Part shown: piece by piece, positions 36,313-49,919 of the stretch
Layout: every line of letters begins with the position of its first letter
How positions within the stretch are numbered: position 1 is the first letter of the stretch
Translations under genes and position numbers: made by a program
DNA from: Mobula hypostoma
Taxonomy: Eukaryota
Assembly (NCBI RefSeq): GCF_963921235.1
Contig: NC_086118.1
Coordinates: forward strand, 17,238,001-17,302,000
DNA: 64,000 nt
Reading direction: 5' to 3'
Notes under the pieces: generated by a model
Database searches by the model: none
Told to the model about the DNA's origin: nothing
Seen by the model: only the letters and a program-made list of their open reading frames with translations

Positions 36313-36897
36313 AATGAACTGATTGTTTAGAGTCTACTACATAAATACTAAACTATCTATATTCCTGTACAGGCTCTGATTATTTTTTGCATGTTTCTTG
36401 AAAGATGCATTAGCAATTTGCTTTCCAAAATTCTGTCCAGCACAGATATTTACAATGGGCTTTAACTGCCAATGGCAAATTAAAATAGCAAACACAACTA
36501 GCTTTCAGTATTAAAAGTAAAGTTGGAGCATCAGTATTTCATACATAAACAGAGGTATGACAAGGCTTCAAGTGAAGAGATCTTAATTCTCCTCCACTTT
36601 TAAGTTAATAAACATTGCTATAAACCTGAAACCTAAATGGGTGAAGAAAATTCATATTGCCAAAGGCAGATTGGGCAATAGTAACGTTCTGAAGCTCTTC
36701 CAATAACTTTTGTTTTATAATGAGATTCAAATATCCTGTTCAAACCAATATTTTATACAAAGAAAGGAGTGACGTTAATTGACAGCTGTACAGACTCCTA
36801 TTATGTTAATGTAAGAGCTACTGCATTGAAGAATTCATTCAAGTACAACTGCTAATCTTTTTCAACAACAAACAGGATTAAAACAAGTTCACAAAAT

Positions 36898-37705
36898 AAA
36901 CACAAAATATTAGAGGAACTCAGCAGGCCAGGCAGCATCTATGGAAAAGAGTACAGTCGATGCTTTGGGCCAAAATCCTTCAGCAGGACTGGAGAAAAAA
37001 AAGCTGAAGAGTAGATTTAAAAGGTGGGAGGAGGAGAGAGGGAAACACAAGGTGATCGGTGAAACCCGAAGTGGGGGGGCGGGGGGTGGGGGAAATAAAG
37101 TAGAGCTGGGAAGTTGATTGGTGAAAGAGACAGAAAGCCATGGAAGAAAGAAAAGGGGGAGGAGCACCAGAGGGAGGCGATAGGTAGGCAAGGAGATAAG
37201 GTGAGAGAGGGAAAAGGGGGTGAGAAATGGTGAAGGAGAGGGAGTGTGGGGGGCATTACCAGAAATGTGAGAAATTGACATTCATGCCATCAGGTTGGAG
37301 GCTAGCCCAACAGAATATAAGGTGTTGTTTCTCCAACCTGAATGTGGACTCACCTCAACAGTTAGGAGGCCATGGATAGACATATCTGAATGGAAATAAG
37401 AAGTGGAATTAAAATAGGTGGCAACTGGGAGATCCCGCTTTCTCTGGCGAACAGAGTACAGGTGCTCGGTGAAGCGGTCTCCCAATCCACGTCGGGGCTC
37501 ACCGATATGCAAGATGCCACACCGGGAGCACTGGACACAGTATATGGCCCCAACAGACTCACAGGTGAAGTGTCACCTCACCTGAAGGACTGTTTAGGGC
37601 CTTGAATGGTAGTGAGGGAGGAGGTGTAGGGGCAGGTGTAGCATTCCTCCGGCATTTTGTGTGTGTTGCTTGGATTTCCAGTATCTGCAGACTTTCTCTT
37701 GTTTG
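36898..37705 (-). mobile_element. 5'-truncated Penelope-like element with short inverted 5' pLTR
   Basis: GIY-YIG remains (HIGEPRRGLGDRFTEH); decayed hammerhead about 36955-36990; tcacaaaat at 36889-36897 and 37706-37714 is a possible TSD. Confidence 0.85.
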
Positions 37706-40700
37706 TCACAAAATTTAAAAAAGTGTTCATCCTCAAATGATATATTGTTAATACTAGCTTGTTGAAACACTAAGGACTTATGTAATGTGAACAACGGTAA
37801 ACCATTGAGCATTTGACCAGGAATTTGTTGTCCAATGAGTATTCTGCTGTTGTGAGGGGTATTCACTATCCAGGGCCAGGGTGCAAAGGTCTTTCTTTTT
37901 TGCCAAATTCAGCAGGTGAAGCTTCTAGAGATCAAAGGGTTGTTTTTGAGTAAGATAAACTTCCAATCTTTGTTCAGCTTTTTATTGTAAACAGGAGCCA
38001 GTCTTCAGCTCTGGCAAACAATAATTAGTCTGAAGTTATAAGGATAGCTTTTCAAACAAACACAATGTCCATAGAATACATGATGCTGGCCATAGCACCT
38101 GGGCTGATATCTCAAGTGTTGCAGTGTAAAACAACAGGGTTATATAATCGGGCTTGTTTCAAACCAGACATCGCAGGGTAAGTTATTTAGTTCAAGGAAG
38201 CTTGCAGACTAGATTGATACTATCACCTTGCACATCAAATAGCCGATCTGTTAATAGTTGCAAGCTCAAAGATTTAGCTTCACAGCATTAATTATGGGAA
38301 TCTGGGAACTCTATCTCCAGAAGCTTTTAGACCACTGTGTTGAAAGGTACCTGAAAGAATATCATATACATGTGAAGTCACCTGAGTGATAGAAAAACAG
38401 GGCAAATGTAAAGAGGAATGGTGAAGAGCAGCAAGAAGAATGATAGAAAAATGGGGTGAACAGAATCTGTTCTAGTTTGCCTGCAAATTATTGATACAGA
38501 TTTTTAGCTTATAGGAATTGTATTTGTGTTTTGTAAATCCTTTGTGCTTTAGAAATCTTTCGTAATTTGTAAATATTTTTTAAGATATCAGATTCAGAAT
38601 CAGAATCAGAATTAGTTTTAATATCGCGGGTGTATGACGTGAAATGTGTTGTTTTATGGCAGCTGTACATTGCAATACATAATAATAAAAAACCTAAACA
38701 TTATAATAAGAAATATACTGTATATATCAAAATTAAATTAAATAAGTCATGCAAAAAAAGAGCAAAAAAAATGAAGTAATGTTCATGGGTTCATTGTCCA
38801 TTCAGAAATCTGAAGCTGGAGAGGAAGAAAGCAAAGAATTTTGTCTGTATTTAAATGTGTATCGCCAAAAATATATTAACCTTTTTTGAAACTATGTTAG
38901 TTCCTTGGTAGTGAGGGGAGACCCATCACTCAAATAGTGGGTATTGGCAGCTAAACTTGGTGTAGGATATAAACAGGGAAGACAAACTAGTCTTTGAAGA
39001 ATACTATAACCTCTCTTTAGTGAGGCTACCCCTGGCTAACTATATCCGATAGAGCTTAAGGCTGTCACTTGAGTTTAGAACCTTGCAGTTAGCAAAGCCA
39101 ATGCCTTCACACTGTGAATGTATATAAGAATTGTCTTGGCAAATATCCAATAGTTAAAGTGGTATCTCCACACAAGGAAGGACAGTACTCTAATTGTAAC
39201 GCTATGTGGTCATGGTTTAGATTGCGGGAAGGACAGTTTCACATCTGGCATGTCAAGGGTGACTTATTTCTGACCCTGAAGACTTAGTTTATGATTAAAA
39301 TAGAAACCAGCTCAGTTGGAAAATTGGAAGAACGTCAAACTGATGATTTTGACTGGATTCTGAGGTGAACTACAGACCATGGGGGTCAAAATGTTTGTGG
39401 TAGTTACTTCTATTTGATGTGGAAATACAAACAATGCTCCTCAGTGCCTGCTGTCTGATCCAAAGCATTATTGATTTTACATGCTTTACTTACCATGTTG
39501 TTGAATTTTCTGAAGTCTTCCACAAAAAGGTTTTAGCCCTGTGCCGTGCATAATTAAATAGTAACTCAATAATCCAAAGTGTTTTGCATCTGCTTGCAAT
39601 TACCTGTAAAAAATAACAGCCACAGATGACGACATTGCTTCAGTCATAACTCTATTACTATCCAACAAGTGATCCCCTCTGGTTGATAACAAGCTCTGTA
39701 ATTACAATGAAATGCAAGCAGATGGTGAACATCCTTGTTTATAAACATTGAGAGATTTTAAAATATCGAGGAAGATGAGATTAAAATCATTATCTATGTT
39801 GCCTCAGGACTGTATGAATCGGTGAACACTGCTGTTTTTTTGTGATAAAGTCACTGGGAGAATTGCTGATCTAATTCCTGAGTGGTAGTCATGTGAAGCA
39901 TTGGTTTGCATTAAAGGTAGCTGGTTAACCCCATGGATTTGCTCCTTTTTGGCACCCACACTAGATACACCCACATGGCTAACTGACAGCTCTTAATGTA
40001 AAATGTCATGACTTCCACTCAGAAATTACAAGGAGGCTTTCCTCCCCTCCCCCCCCCAATCTTTAAATCTTTTGGAATGCCAAAAATTACAAAATGGATC
40101 AGTGAAGCTTTATAAAGATCTGAGGAATTTGTTGAAAACCCATTTCAGTGTGTTATCAAGGAACAAGAGGGACAGAGAAAAGAAAGGGCTCTCTCTATCC
40201 CTGATCTGATCTGTGCAGTGCTGAAATCGATTTTAGCTTCATGGAATGGTGAGGGCTACAAACAGCTAAGTTCAATGAATAAAAGGTATATCTAGCATTT
40301 CATATGGAGTTAGACTGGAAACATCCTTGGAAAATAGGGCTGCAATACAACCTTGCCACAAGGGTTACACTTTTGGAAGTAATTATTTGGGCTATATTTC
40401 TGATTTAACATATTTTGTTGTCCAGATTTAGTTTAGGAAGATAAATTGTAGTGCCAATGATGATTCTAGAGATCAGGAACATTTGCAGGCATTAGAAGGA
40501 ATCAATCTGGAGAAGAATGTTGAAAAATTATTTTGTTTCCTTTATTTTTTGGAATACAATACAGCCTCACGTTGTGGAGGGGTTGCTTTCCCAGAAAATC
40601 ATCCTTATCGTGACTTTCTGAAACACAGATCCTGGACAGAAATTGAAAACATTTGCTTTGTTTGCATTTTGTATTTATTTAATTTCTTTTTCTCACATAG

Positions 40701-40984
40701 AATTTGTCGGAAAGAAAATTTAGTCTGTGCCTCAGTTCTTTTGTGAATTCTGAGGGTGAATTTCCCTACTAGAATTGCTGTAACAAAAGACTATACTGTA
40801 TTCATCAAAGGGAATTTAAATGCAAACACTGGAGGTACCTGCAGTAACTAAAGCAAAAGCAGAAAATGCCGGCAATACTGAACAGGTCAAGCAGCATCTG
40901 TAGTGGAAAACAGAGTTAATGCTTGAGGTTGAACTGTTCCTGGTTCTATCTTCAAAATTTCCAACATTTTATGCTTTTATTAAT

Positions 40985-41505
40985 TAGATTATGAGAACAC
41001 TCAGTCCTCCTTTATTGTCATTTAGAAATGCATACATGCATTAAGAAATGATACAATGTTTCTCCGGCGTGGTATCACAGAAAACAAGACAGACCAAAGA
41101 CTAACACTGACAGAACCACAAAATTATAACATATAGTTACAGCAGTGCAAAACAATACCATAATTTGTTAAAGAACAGACCAGGGGCACGGTAAAAAAAA
41201 GTCTCAAAGCCCCGAGTCGATCAACTCCTGAGTCCCCAATAGCAGGTGGCAAAGGGAGAAACTCCCTGCCATAAAGCTCCAGGCACCGACAACTGCCGAT
41301 GCATTGGAAGCACCTGACCACAGCTGACACTGAGTCCGTCCATCCGAAAGCTTCAAACCTCCGACCAGCCCCTCCGATACAGCCTCCCGTGCGCCTTCGA
41401 CCTTGCCCGGCCGCTGAAACAAGCAAAGCCGAGGATTTGGGGCCTTCTCCTCTGAAGATTCCGGACTACACAGTAACAGCGGCAGCGAAGCGGGCATTTC
41501 AGAAT
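40985..41505 (-). mobile_element. Longer copy of the 18880-19125 element
   Basis: Reverse-complement match over the 3' part; GC-rich upstream body. Confidence 0.7.
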
Positions 41506-41904
41506 TATAACGAGGGAAATAGCCTTTACTGGATATTAACTGAAATATTTGCAGCAAGCTTTCTGATTCTGCTACTAGGCGAGATGTCATCTGTACCTCT
41601 ATTGACAGAATGCTTTTAATTTCCATTTATGGTTTAATTTAAAAATAGAACAGATTCAAATTTCCTTGATGATAACTTGTGTGTAACCAGTGTTGGGCAA
41701 GCGTAGTATCAGGCACTGTAGTGCTTTCCCGAAGACAATTTTATATAAATTGTGCAATCAAATGCAAAGAGAGGACTGATATTATACATTAACCAGAATC
41801 TGCAGGTAAAGATCATCACCTCCATGGTAAGTGGGTAAGTAGCCAACAGACATTAGTCAAAAGTAAGGAGAGGAGGAAAGCAAAATAATTACTGTCAATG
41901 GAAA

Positions 41905-42600
41905 AGACAAAGATGCTAGGAATCTGAAATAAAAACAAAAAGTGGTGGAAAAACTCAGCAGGTTAGTTAGTATCTGTGGAAAGAGAAACAGGAGTTAGAT
42001 TTCAGGTCAACGACTTCCCATTTGATCTGAAAAGAGTGAAAGACAAGTTAGTCTAAGTAGCAGAGAAATTTGGAGAGGGATATGAGTGGAACAAAATGAA
42101 TGTTTGTGATAAGGAGAAATAATGAACTGATATTCTTCTTTTTCTGTGTAATGTGTTGCCAATGTTGTGAAGTTCAGCTAATATTATATGGTCTGGCTCT
42201 ATGGCGAGGTGCATTGTTCTGTCTTGCTGTTGACTGAAAGAAAGATTAACTTACTGGAGAAGTCACTGATGACTTCTGCAGGCTACAATGTTTCAAGACA
42301 AATTCCCTGAGCCTGCTTTGGACCTTATTGTAATAGTGTGGGAGGTCAGATAAACTATTTTTTGCCTGCCTTCTCAGAAAGGTGAGATCCATTGGCAGAG
42401 AATTGAGAGCAGATTCTTTCCTGCTTTTTCTGCCAGAAGAATGCCAAGTCTTGGCAAATGTTGTGCAGGATGAAATGAGTTACAACATCCTTCATTGCAC
42501 TAAAGCAAAAAAGAAAGATCTGCAAACTACTCACCTCCTGGACAATCAAATGTTTAGCCTGAATAATTTTCTGTTTGCCTTCAACTCCAGCCACTTTACA
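41905..42600 (-). mobile_element. Old Penelope-like remnant
   Basis: pLTR-like agatgctaggaatctgaaat...aaactcagcagg; downstream blocks weakly parallel 4320-4400 and 4800-4870. Confidence 0.5.
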
Positions 42601-42669
42601 CACATTAAGGCAAAGACATAGGACAATTCAAATAAGATTTTTGAATTTCAATATTTCATATTCTCATAC

Positions 42670-42975
42670 AACACAGAAGGAAGCTATTTTAACTCTTCAA
42701 GCCCATATCTACACACAGAGTTATCTCATTCCTCTCTACTTTCCCCTCTCGCATCCTTACCAGCTCCTACTGGATTATACCACTAACTTACATAGTAGGG
42801 GCAATTTAGTGTGTCCAGTTAACCTACCAACTCAAGCACCTGTGGACTGTGGGAGGAAACTGAAGGCACACATATAACCACAGACAAAACTTCACACAGG
42901 CAGCGCCTGAGAACAGGATCAAACCTAGATGGCCAGAGCTCTGTGGGAGAAGCAAATTGTGCCACTGCCACCAAT
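42670..42975 (-). mobile_element. V-SINE-like element
   Basis: tggactgtgggaggaaac, caaaacttcacacag, caggatcaaacc. Confidence 0.6.
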
Positions 42976-44184
42976 CCACAGTTCTAACACCGGCAAATGA
43001 CATCAGGATCAATGTGTGATTCTTTCTTCCAATTCTACACCTACATATATTCAGAAAGATCAGGGCAGTGAACTCTATTTATTAATACCACATGTCAGTT
43101 TTAAATTGAAAACAATTAGACTGGGAAAATGGAGATAACATCCTTGTAGAGCATGTCAAACAGATCATGCAAGGGAACTGATTTAGTGATCGCTACTTCA
43201 AATTGCACGGAGCTTTGATGAAACCTTGATAACTGCAGGACGGTTCTGCAACACATTTGCCTCTACAGGTCTGATTTCTCATACCTTTCCTTTAGGTCCC
43301 CAAAATAGATTCAATCCTGTATTTTGATCAACATTTCGCTTACTGTTGTTCCCCCCCCACCGTTGTTGCTTACTCCAAGTATAATTTTTCCCCTTTGAAA
43401 AGTGAAGACAGATGACCGTGCTTGCTTCAAATCCCAGTGCCCCCATGCACATCAGATGAACATAAGTCCCACGCTGCTTTCCCATGGACTAGGACTGATG
43501 AGCAGTCAGATCTTTTCCTCCAGGCTGAGCTCATGCTACCCTCAGCAGATTGTCTGAGAACCAATAAAACATGTGTTTATGATACTGTCAGCCAGTGGCC
43601 TACTTGAATAATGTATTCTTAACCTTTAATGGAAATTTAGATGGTTGGGCAACACCCTCAGAATCACACTTTGTGAGTTTAACAGAACAGGCCAGAACCA
43701 AAACAATAAACTGCATGGCACGTTAAGCTTGTAATTATTTTGTTACGGTGTTGTCTATCTTGGTCATTTTTGCTTTTGAGTGGGTAACTGAGATTTTGAA
43801 TAAAACTGAATATTGGTCAGCTACACAACTTCCTGTTAGAGGCAGAATGCATGAGCAGTTTCTTTCGCGAGAGGCATAAATTCCTTTTACATGTCATGGT
43901 TTATGTATAGTATGATCTTGTCCACCTACGTGAGTGAAAGAAATACACAAACACAGACCCATGAACATATTCACATCGAGACGTATCAGTGGATTTTCAG
44001 ATGAATTCCAAGGACAGTCGTTAACAGTTCTGTTAAATTATGAGAATGCAGGTTAGCAGTTTTCAAGTCAGCCATTTGTCTTCTAACGATGTGATTTAAA
44101 ATTTGATCGTTTTGCTTTTCCCTCTCCGATGTCCTCAATTTGTGAAGGAAATATTAATATAAAATGTCACTTGTTTAATTTAGA

Positions 44185-44722
44185 CCATAAGGTCAAGTCC
44201 ATAAAATATAGGAGCAGAATTGGGCCTGCACTGCCATTTCATCATGGGTGATCCATTTTCCATCTCAGCCCCAATCCCCTGCCTTCAACCCCCACAACCC
44301 CATATCCCTTCATGCCCTGACCAGTCACGAATCTATCAACCTCTACCTTAAATATACATAAAGGCTTGGTCTCCACAGCTGCCTGTGGTAACGAATTTCA
44401 GATATTCACCCACTCTCTGGCTAAAGAAACTCCTTCATTTTAAGAGGACGCCCCTTTATTCTGAGGCTGTGTCCTCTGGTCTTAGGCTCTCCCATCTCCT
44501 GTTCACATCTACTCTGTCAAGCTCTTCACCATTCGTTAGACTTCAATTAGGTCACTCCTCATTCTCCTGAATTCTAGTGAATGACCTCAAGCCATCAAAT
44601 GCTCTTTATATGACAAGCCGTTCAACCCTGGAATCATTTTTATGAACCTCCTTTGAACTCTCTCCAGTTTCGGCAAATCCTTTCTAAAATAAGGGGCTCA
44701 AAACTGTTCACGATATTCCAAG
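44185..44722 (-). mobile_element. CR1 3' fragment
   Basis: Tail ccataaaatataggagcagaattggg; similar to 57795-58350. Confidence 0.8.
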
Positions 44723-47580
44723 GTAGATACACAATTCCTCCATTTATTGAAAGGATAAATTGGTTTCAGTTTGCAGCTGAGCAGTGAGGGTTTTACTGTT
44801 GCTTTACCCATTAGGGAGAGTAGTACAAGTCGTAGAGTCACAGAATCATAGACAAGTACAGCACAGAAACAGGCCCTTTGGCCCACCTAATCCATGCCAA
44901 AACTATTTAAACTGCCAACTCTCATTGACCTGCACCGGGACCATAGCCCTCCATACTCCTACCATCCATCTACCTATCCAAACTTCTCTTAAACATTGAG
45001 ATCGGGCTCACATGCACCACTTGTGCTGGCAGCTAATTCCATACTCTCCTCTCCTTCAGAATGAAGAAGTTTCCCCTCATGTTCTCCTTAAACTTTTCAT
45101 CTTTCACACTTAACACATGACCTGTGGTTGCAGTCCCACCCGACCTCAGTGGAAAAAAGCCTGCTTGCATTCACCCTATTTATACCATTCATAATTTTGT
45201 ATAACATCAAATCTCCTCTCCATATTCTATGCTCTAAGAAATACAGTCCTGACCTATTCAATCTTCCCTTATAACTCAGGTCCTCCAGACCCAGCAACCT
45301 CCTTGTAAATTTTCTCTGTACTCTTCCAACCTTATTTACATCTTTCCTGTAGGTAGGTGACCAAAACTGCACACAATGCTCCAAATTTGGCCTCGCAGAT
45401 ATCTTACACAATCTCAACATAACATACCATCTCCTGTACTCAGTACACTGATTTATGAAGGCCAATGTGCCTAAAGCTTTCTTTATGACCGTATCTACCT
45501 GTGATGCCAGTTTCAGCAAATTATCTACCTGTATTCCCAGATGCTTTTGTTCTAATATATTCCTCAGTGCCCTACCATTCACTGTGTAAAACCTACCCTG
45601 GTTGGTCCTACCAAAGTGCAAAACCTTGCACTTGTCTGCATTAAATTCCATTTGCCATTTTTCAGCCTATTTTTTCAGTTGATGCACATCCCTCTGCAAG
45701 CCATGATAGCCTTCCTCGCTGTCCACCATTTCCCCAGTCTTGGTGTCATCCGCAAATTCATTGATCCAGTTAACCACATTATCATCCAGATCATTGATAT
45801 AGATAACAAACAACAAAGGACCCAGCATTGATCCCTGCAGTATACCACTAGTCACAGGCCTCCAGTCAGACAGGCAACCATCTACTGTCACTGTCTGGCT
45901 TCTCCCATAAAGCCAATGTCTAATCCAGTTTACTACCTCATCTTGAATGCTGAGTGACTGGAACTTCTTAACCAATCCCCCAGACAGGACCTTGTCAAAT
46001 GCCTTGCCTTCATCCACTTTCCTGGTAACTTCCTCAAAAAACTCCGGAAGGTTGGTTAGACATAACCTACCGTGCACAAAGCTATACTTAATCAAACACT
46101 GTCCATCTAAATACCTATATATTCGGTCCTTTAAAATACCTTCCAATAACTTTTCCACAACTGATGTCAGACTCATCGTCCTATAATTTCCTAGTTTATT
46201 TTAGAGAATTTTTAAACTATGGAACAACATTGACTATCCTCCAATCCTCTGGCACCTCTTGTGTTGCTAAGGATAAATATCTCTGCTAGGCCCCTGACAA
46301 TTTCTGCATTTGTTTTCTGTAGGGTCCGAGGGAAGACCTTGCCAGGCCTTGGGGATTTATCCACTCTGATTTGTCTCAGGATAGCAAACACCTCCTGCTC
46401 TGTAATCTATTCAAGATCCATAAAGCTGATGCTACTTTGCTTTAATTCTATAGACACCATGCCTGTCTCCCAAGTAAATACAGATGCAAAAATTTTATTT
46501 AATATCTCCCCCATCTGTTTTGGCTCCACACATGGATTACCATTCTGATCTTCCAGAGGACCATTTTTGTCTCTTGCAATCCTTTTGCTCTTAACATACC
46601 CGTAGAGTCCCTTAGGATGCTCCTTAATTTTGTCTACTAGAGCAACATTATGCCTCCTTTAGCCCTCCTGATTTCTTTCTTAAGTGTTCTCTTGCATTTC
46701 TTATACTCCATAAGCACCTAATTTATTCCTACGTGCCTACACCAGTTATGCACCTCCTTTTTTCTTTTAACCAAGGCCTCAATATCTCTTGTAAACCAAG
46801 GTTCCCAACACATTATCTTTACCTTTTATTCTGCTGGGCACATACAAGTTTTGTACTCTCTGTCAAAATTTGGCTTTTGAAGGCCTCCCACTTACAAGTA
46901 CACCTTTGCCAGAAAACAACCTGTCCCAATCCACACTTGTCAGATCATTTCTGATACCATCAAAATTGGCCTTTCTCCAACTTAGACTCTCAAACCGTGA
47001 ACCAGACCTACCTTTTTGCATATTTACTTTGAAACTAATAGCATTGTGGTCACTGAATGCCAAGTGTTCCCCTACACAAACTTTTGTCACCTGCCCTGTC
47101 TCATTCCCTAATAGCAGATCCCACATCGCATGCTCTCGTATTGGGACTTCAATGTACTGATGAAGAAAACTTTCCTGAACACATTTGACAAACTCTATCC
47201 CATCTAGTCCTTTTACAGTATGGGATTCCCAGTCAATATGTGGAAAGTTATAATCAGCTACTATAACAAACTTATGTTTCTTGCAACAGTTTGTGATCTC
47301 TCTACAAATCTGTTCCTCTAAATCCCCAGGACTGTTGGTGGTCTGAAGTACAGCCACATTAACATGGTCATGCCTATCTTATTTCTCAGATCCAGACATA
47401 ATGCCTCACTAGATGAGTACTCTTGTCTGTCCTGACGGAGTACTGCCGTGACATTTTCCCTGACCGGTAAGGCCACCACTCCTCCTTTAATCCTTCCAAC
47501 TCTATCACGTCTAAAACAACAGAAGCCCAGAATATTGAGCTGCCAGCCCTGCCCCTCCTGCAGTCAAGTCTCACTATGGC

Positions 47581-47701
47581 TGCAATATCACGTCCAGGTG
47601 TTGATCAATATCACATTGATCAATATCAGGTGTTGCCAATATCATGTCCAGGTGTTTATCAGTATCAGGTGTTGCCAATATCACGTCCAGGTGTTGATCA
47701 A
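47581..47701. repeat. Imperfect tandem amplification (about 39-bp unit, x3) inside CR1 ORF2
   Basis: caatatcacgtccaggtgttgatca repeated with atcaggtgttgc spacers. Confidence 0.85.
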
Positions 47702-48297
47702 TTTCCCGAGTTCAGCTGCCTTTCGTATGATACTCTTGAATTGAAATATATGAAGCTCAGGACACTAGTTGCACCTTGCTCAACTTATTGATTCCTGACT
47801 TTGTCTGAGGTCTTACCAACATCTGTCTCCACAACTGCTCCATTAACTGCACTCTGGTTCCCATCTCCCTATAGTTTAAACCCCACCATACAGCATTAGC
47901 AAACATTCCTGCTAGGGTGTTTTCCCCCTCCAGTTCAGGGGCAAGCTGTTTCTTCTGTACAGGTCCCACCTTCTGGAAGAGAGTGAATGATCCAAATACC
48001 TTTTGCTTTCCCTCCTACACCAACTCCTTAACCACGTATTAAACTGTATAATCTTCCTAGTTCTACCGTCATTAACACATGGCATGAGTAGCAATCCTGA
48101 GATCACAACTCTAGAGGTTCTGTTCTTTAACTAAGCACATAACTCCCTGATTTCACTGTGTAGAAGCTCATCACTCTTCCTAACCATGTAATAGACACCT
48201 CAATGGACCACAACCACTAGCTGTTCACCCTCCCACTTAAGAATGCTGAGAATTCAATCCGAGATGTCCCGGACTCCAGAAACCAGGAGGCAACATA

Positions 48298-48706
48298 CAA
48301 GGGGTGATTAATAAGTTCGTGGCCTAAGGTAGAAAGAGTCAAATTTAGAAAACGTAGCACATTTATTTTTCAACATAGTCCCCTCCTACATTTACACACT
48401 TAGTCCAGCGGTCATGCAGCAGACGGATCTTGGACCTCCAGAAAGTGTCCACAGCAGGGGTGATTGATAAATCCGTGGCCTAAGGTAGAAGGAGATGAGT
48501 TATACAGCTCTCATTACATGCACATGCAGGTCAACTCTTTGAGTGATTATGCAGAAAGTTTGAAGTTAACAACTCATCTCCTTAGGCCATGAACTTATCA
48601 ATCACCCCTAATGAGTTATTAACTGATGAGTTTGAAAATAAATCTGCTAGGTTTTCTAAAATTGACTCTTTCTACCTTAGGCCACGAACATATCAATCAC
48701 CCCTCG
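48298..48706. mobile_element. Mariner-type MITE with nested TIRs, inserted in CR1 ORF1
   Basis: TA at 48296-97 and 48707-08; TIR c(a/g)aggggtgatt(a/g)ata(a/t)gttcgtggcctaaggtagaaagagtcaa. Removing it rejoins ggaggcaaca-ta-ccatccgg (minus strand RMVCCL). Confidence 0.9.
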
Positions 48707-49919
48707 TACCATCCGGGAATCTCGTTCTCACCCACAGAGTCTCCTTTCCATTCCCCTAACCAATGAATCTCCTATCACCACAGCTCCCCCTTCCCTTCTG
48801 ATTCACAGAGCTAGATTCAGTTGCAGAGATCTGACTGCTGTGACTTCTGTATACTAGGTCTTCCCCCAGCAGTATCCAAAGTATTGTACCTGTTGTTGAG
48901 GGGGATGGCGCTCAAGGGTACTCTGCACTGGCTCTTTAACCCCTCTCCCCATCCTGATTGTCGCACAGTTTCTTGTGTCCTGCACCTTGGGTGTAACTAG
49001 CTCTCTATATGTCCGATCCATCTCCTGCTCGGCCTCCCGAATGGTCAGGAATTCATCCAGCTCCAGCTCAACACAGATTATTCACAGCTGCAGCTGGAAT
49101 CACTTCACATTTGCAGTTCTCAGGGACACTGGAGGTCTTCCTGTCTTCCCACATCCCGCAAGAGGTGCATTCCACAATCCTTCCTGGCATCTCTACTGTA
49201 CTAACTGATTAAATGTAAAGAAGTTGTTGGTTGGAAACACTCTAGCGACAGCTTTTCTTTTCTGCCTTCTCTGACTGAAGCATCAGAGAGCTAAAGCCTC
49301 AAAATCTCCACCCTGAATCTGACCACTCCAATGATGGCCATTTTGCTTGCTCCTGCCTTCCTTTAATTTGTTCTTGCTAATCAATCCCAAATGCCAATTG
49401 GTTGCTGGTCAAAGCTCCAAAAAGCTGCCACGAGCTGCTGCCTTGTATACTCAGCCAGTGAACCTGAGTGAAATCCCTGGCTCTCAAGATTCTGCTCTCC
49501 CGATTGGTCGCTGGTCAAAGCTCGATAATTTTTTTCATTAAAACACATTTGTTTAAGTGAAAAAGGCCCAGTGAAATTCAGTAAAGACTATTTCCTATGT
49601 TAGGCATCTTTTTGCAGTATTTTCAGTCTTTATATGGGCTATTTTATTCTTTTAGTTATCTTTGACGATTTTCAGTCAACCAAAATCCAAAAAGAGTCCA
49701 ATTCGCAAACAGCAACTTCCAGAAATGACCATATTTTAATATGCCTTAACAGCTCAATAAACCAATACAGGCTTGAAAACTGTAATGTCTAACTATTGCT
49801 TTGTATTGTTGTCTACAAACCAAAAAACAGAGATATAAACAGAATATTCTTCACTAAAACCAGACACCCACAACTAAAATGCAGTGTCTCTATACATTAT
49901 AGTTTGGTAATCAATGTCA

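Larger units (their letters stand above)
44830..49530 (-). mobile_element. Near full-length decayed CR1 LINE (5' UTR, ORF1, APE-RT)
   Basis: QGSMLGPLLFVIYINDLD, FADD, MEFNADKCKVLHFG; APE VADYNFPHIDW, SDHNAISF; ORF1 ISGLL...FNTWLRSWCRRE. Confidence 0.92.

Noticed and set aside
39595..39620. Minus-strand ttttttacag|gtaatt as a recursive splice site
   Set aside because: Short motif expected by chance in 64 kb; a similar cag|gtaag lies on the plus strand near 56428; no transcript evidence.
48298..48706. CRISPR-like repeat/spacer pattern
   Set aside because: The repeats are mariner TIRs in mixed orientation with a TA duplication, in eukaryotic DNA.
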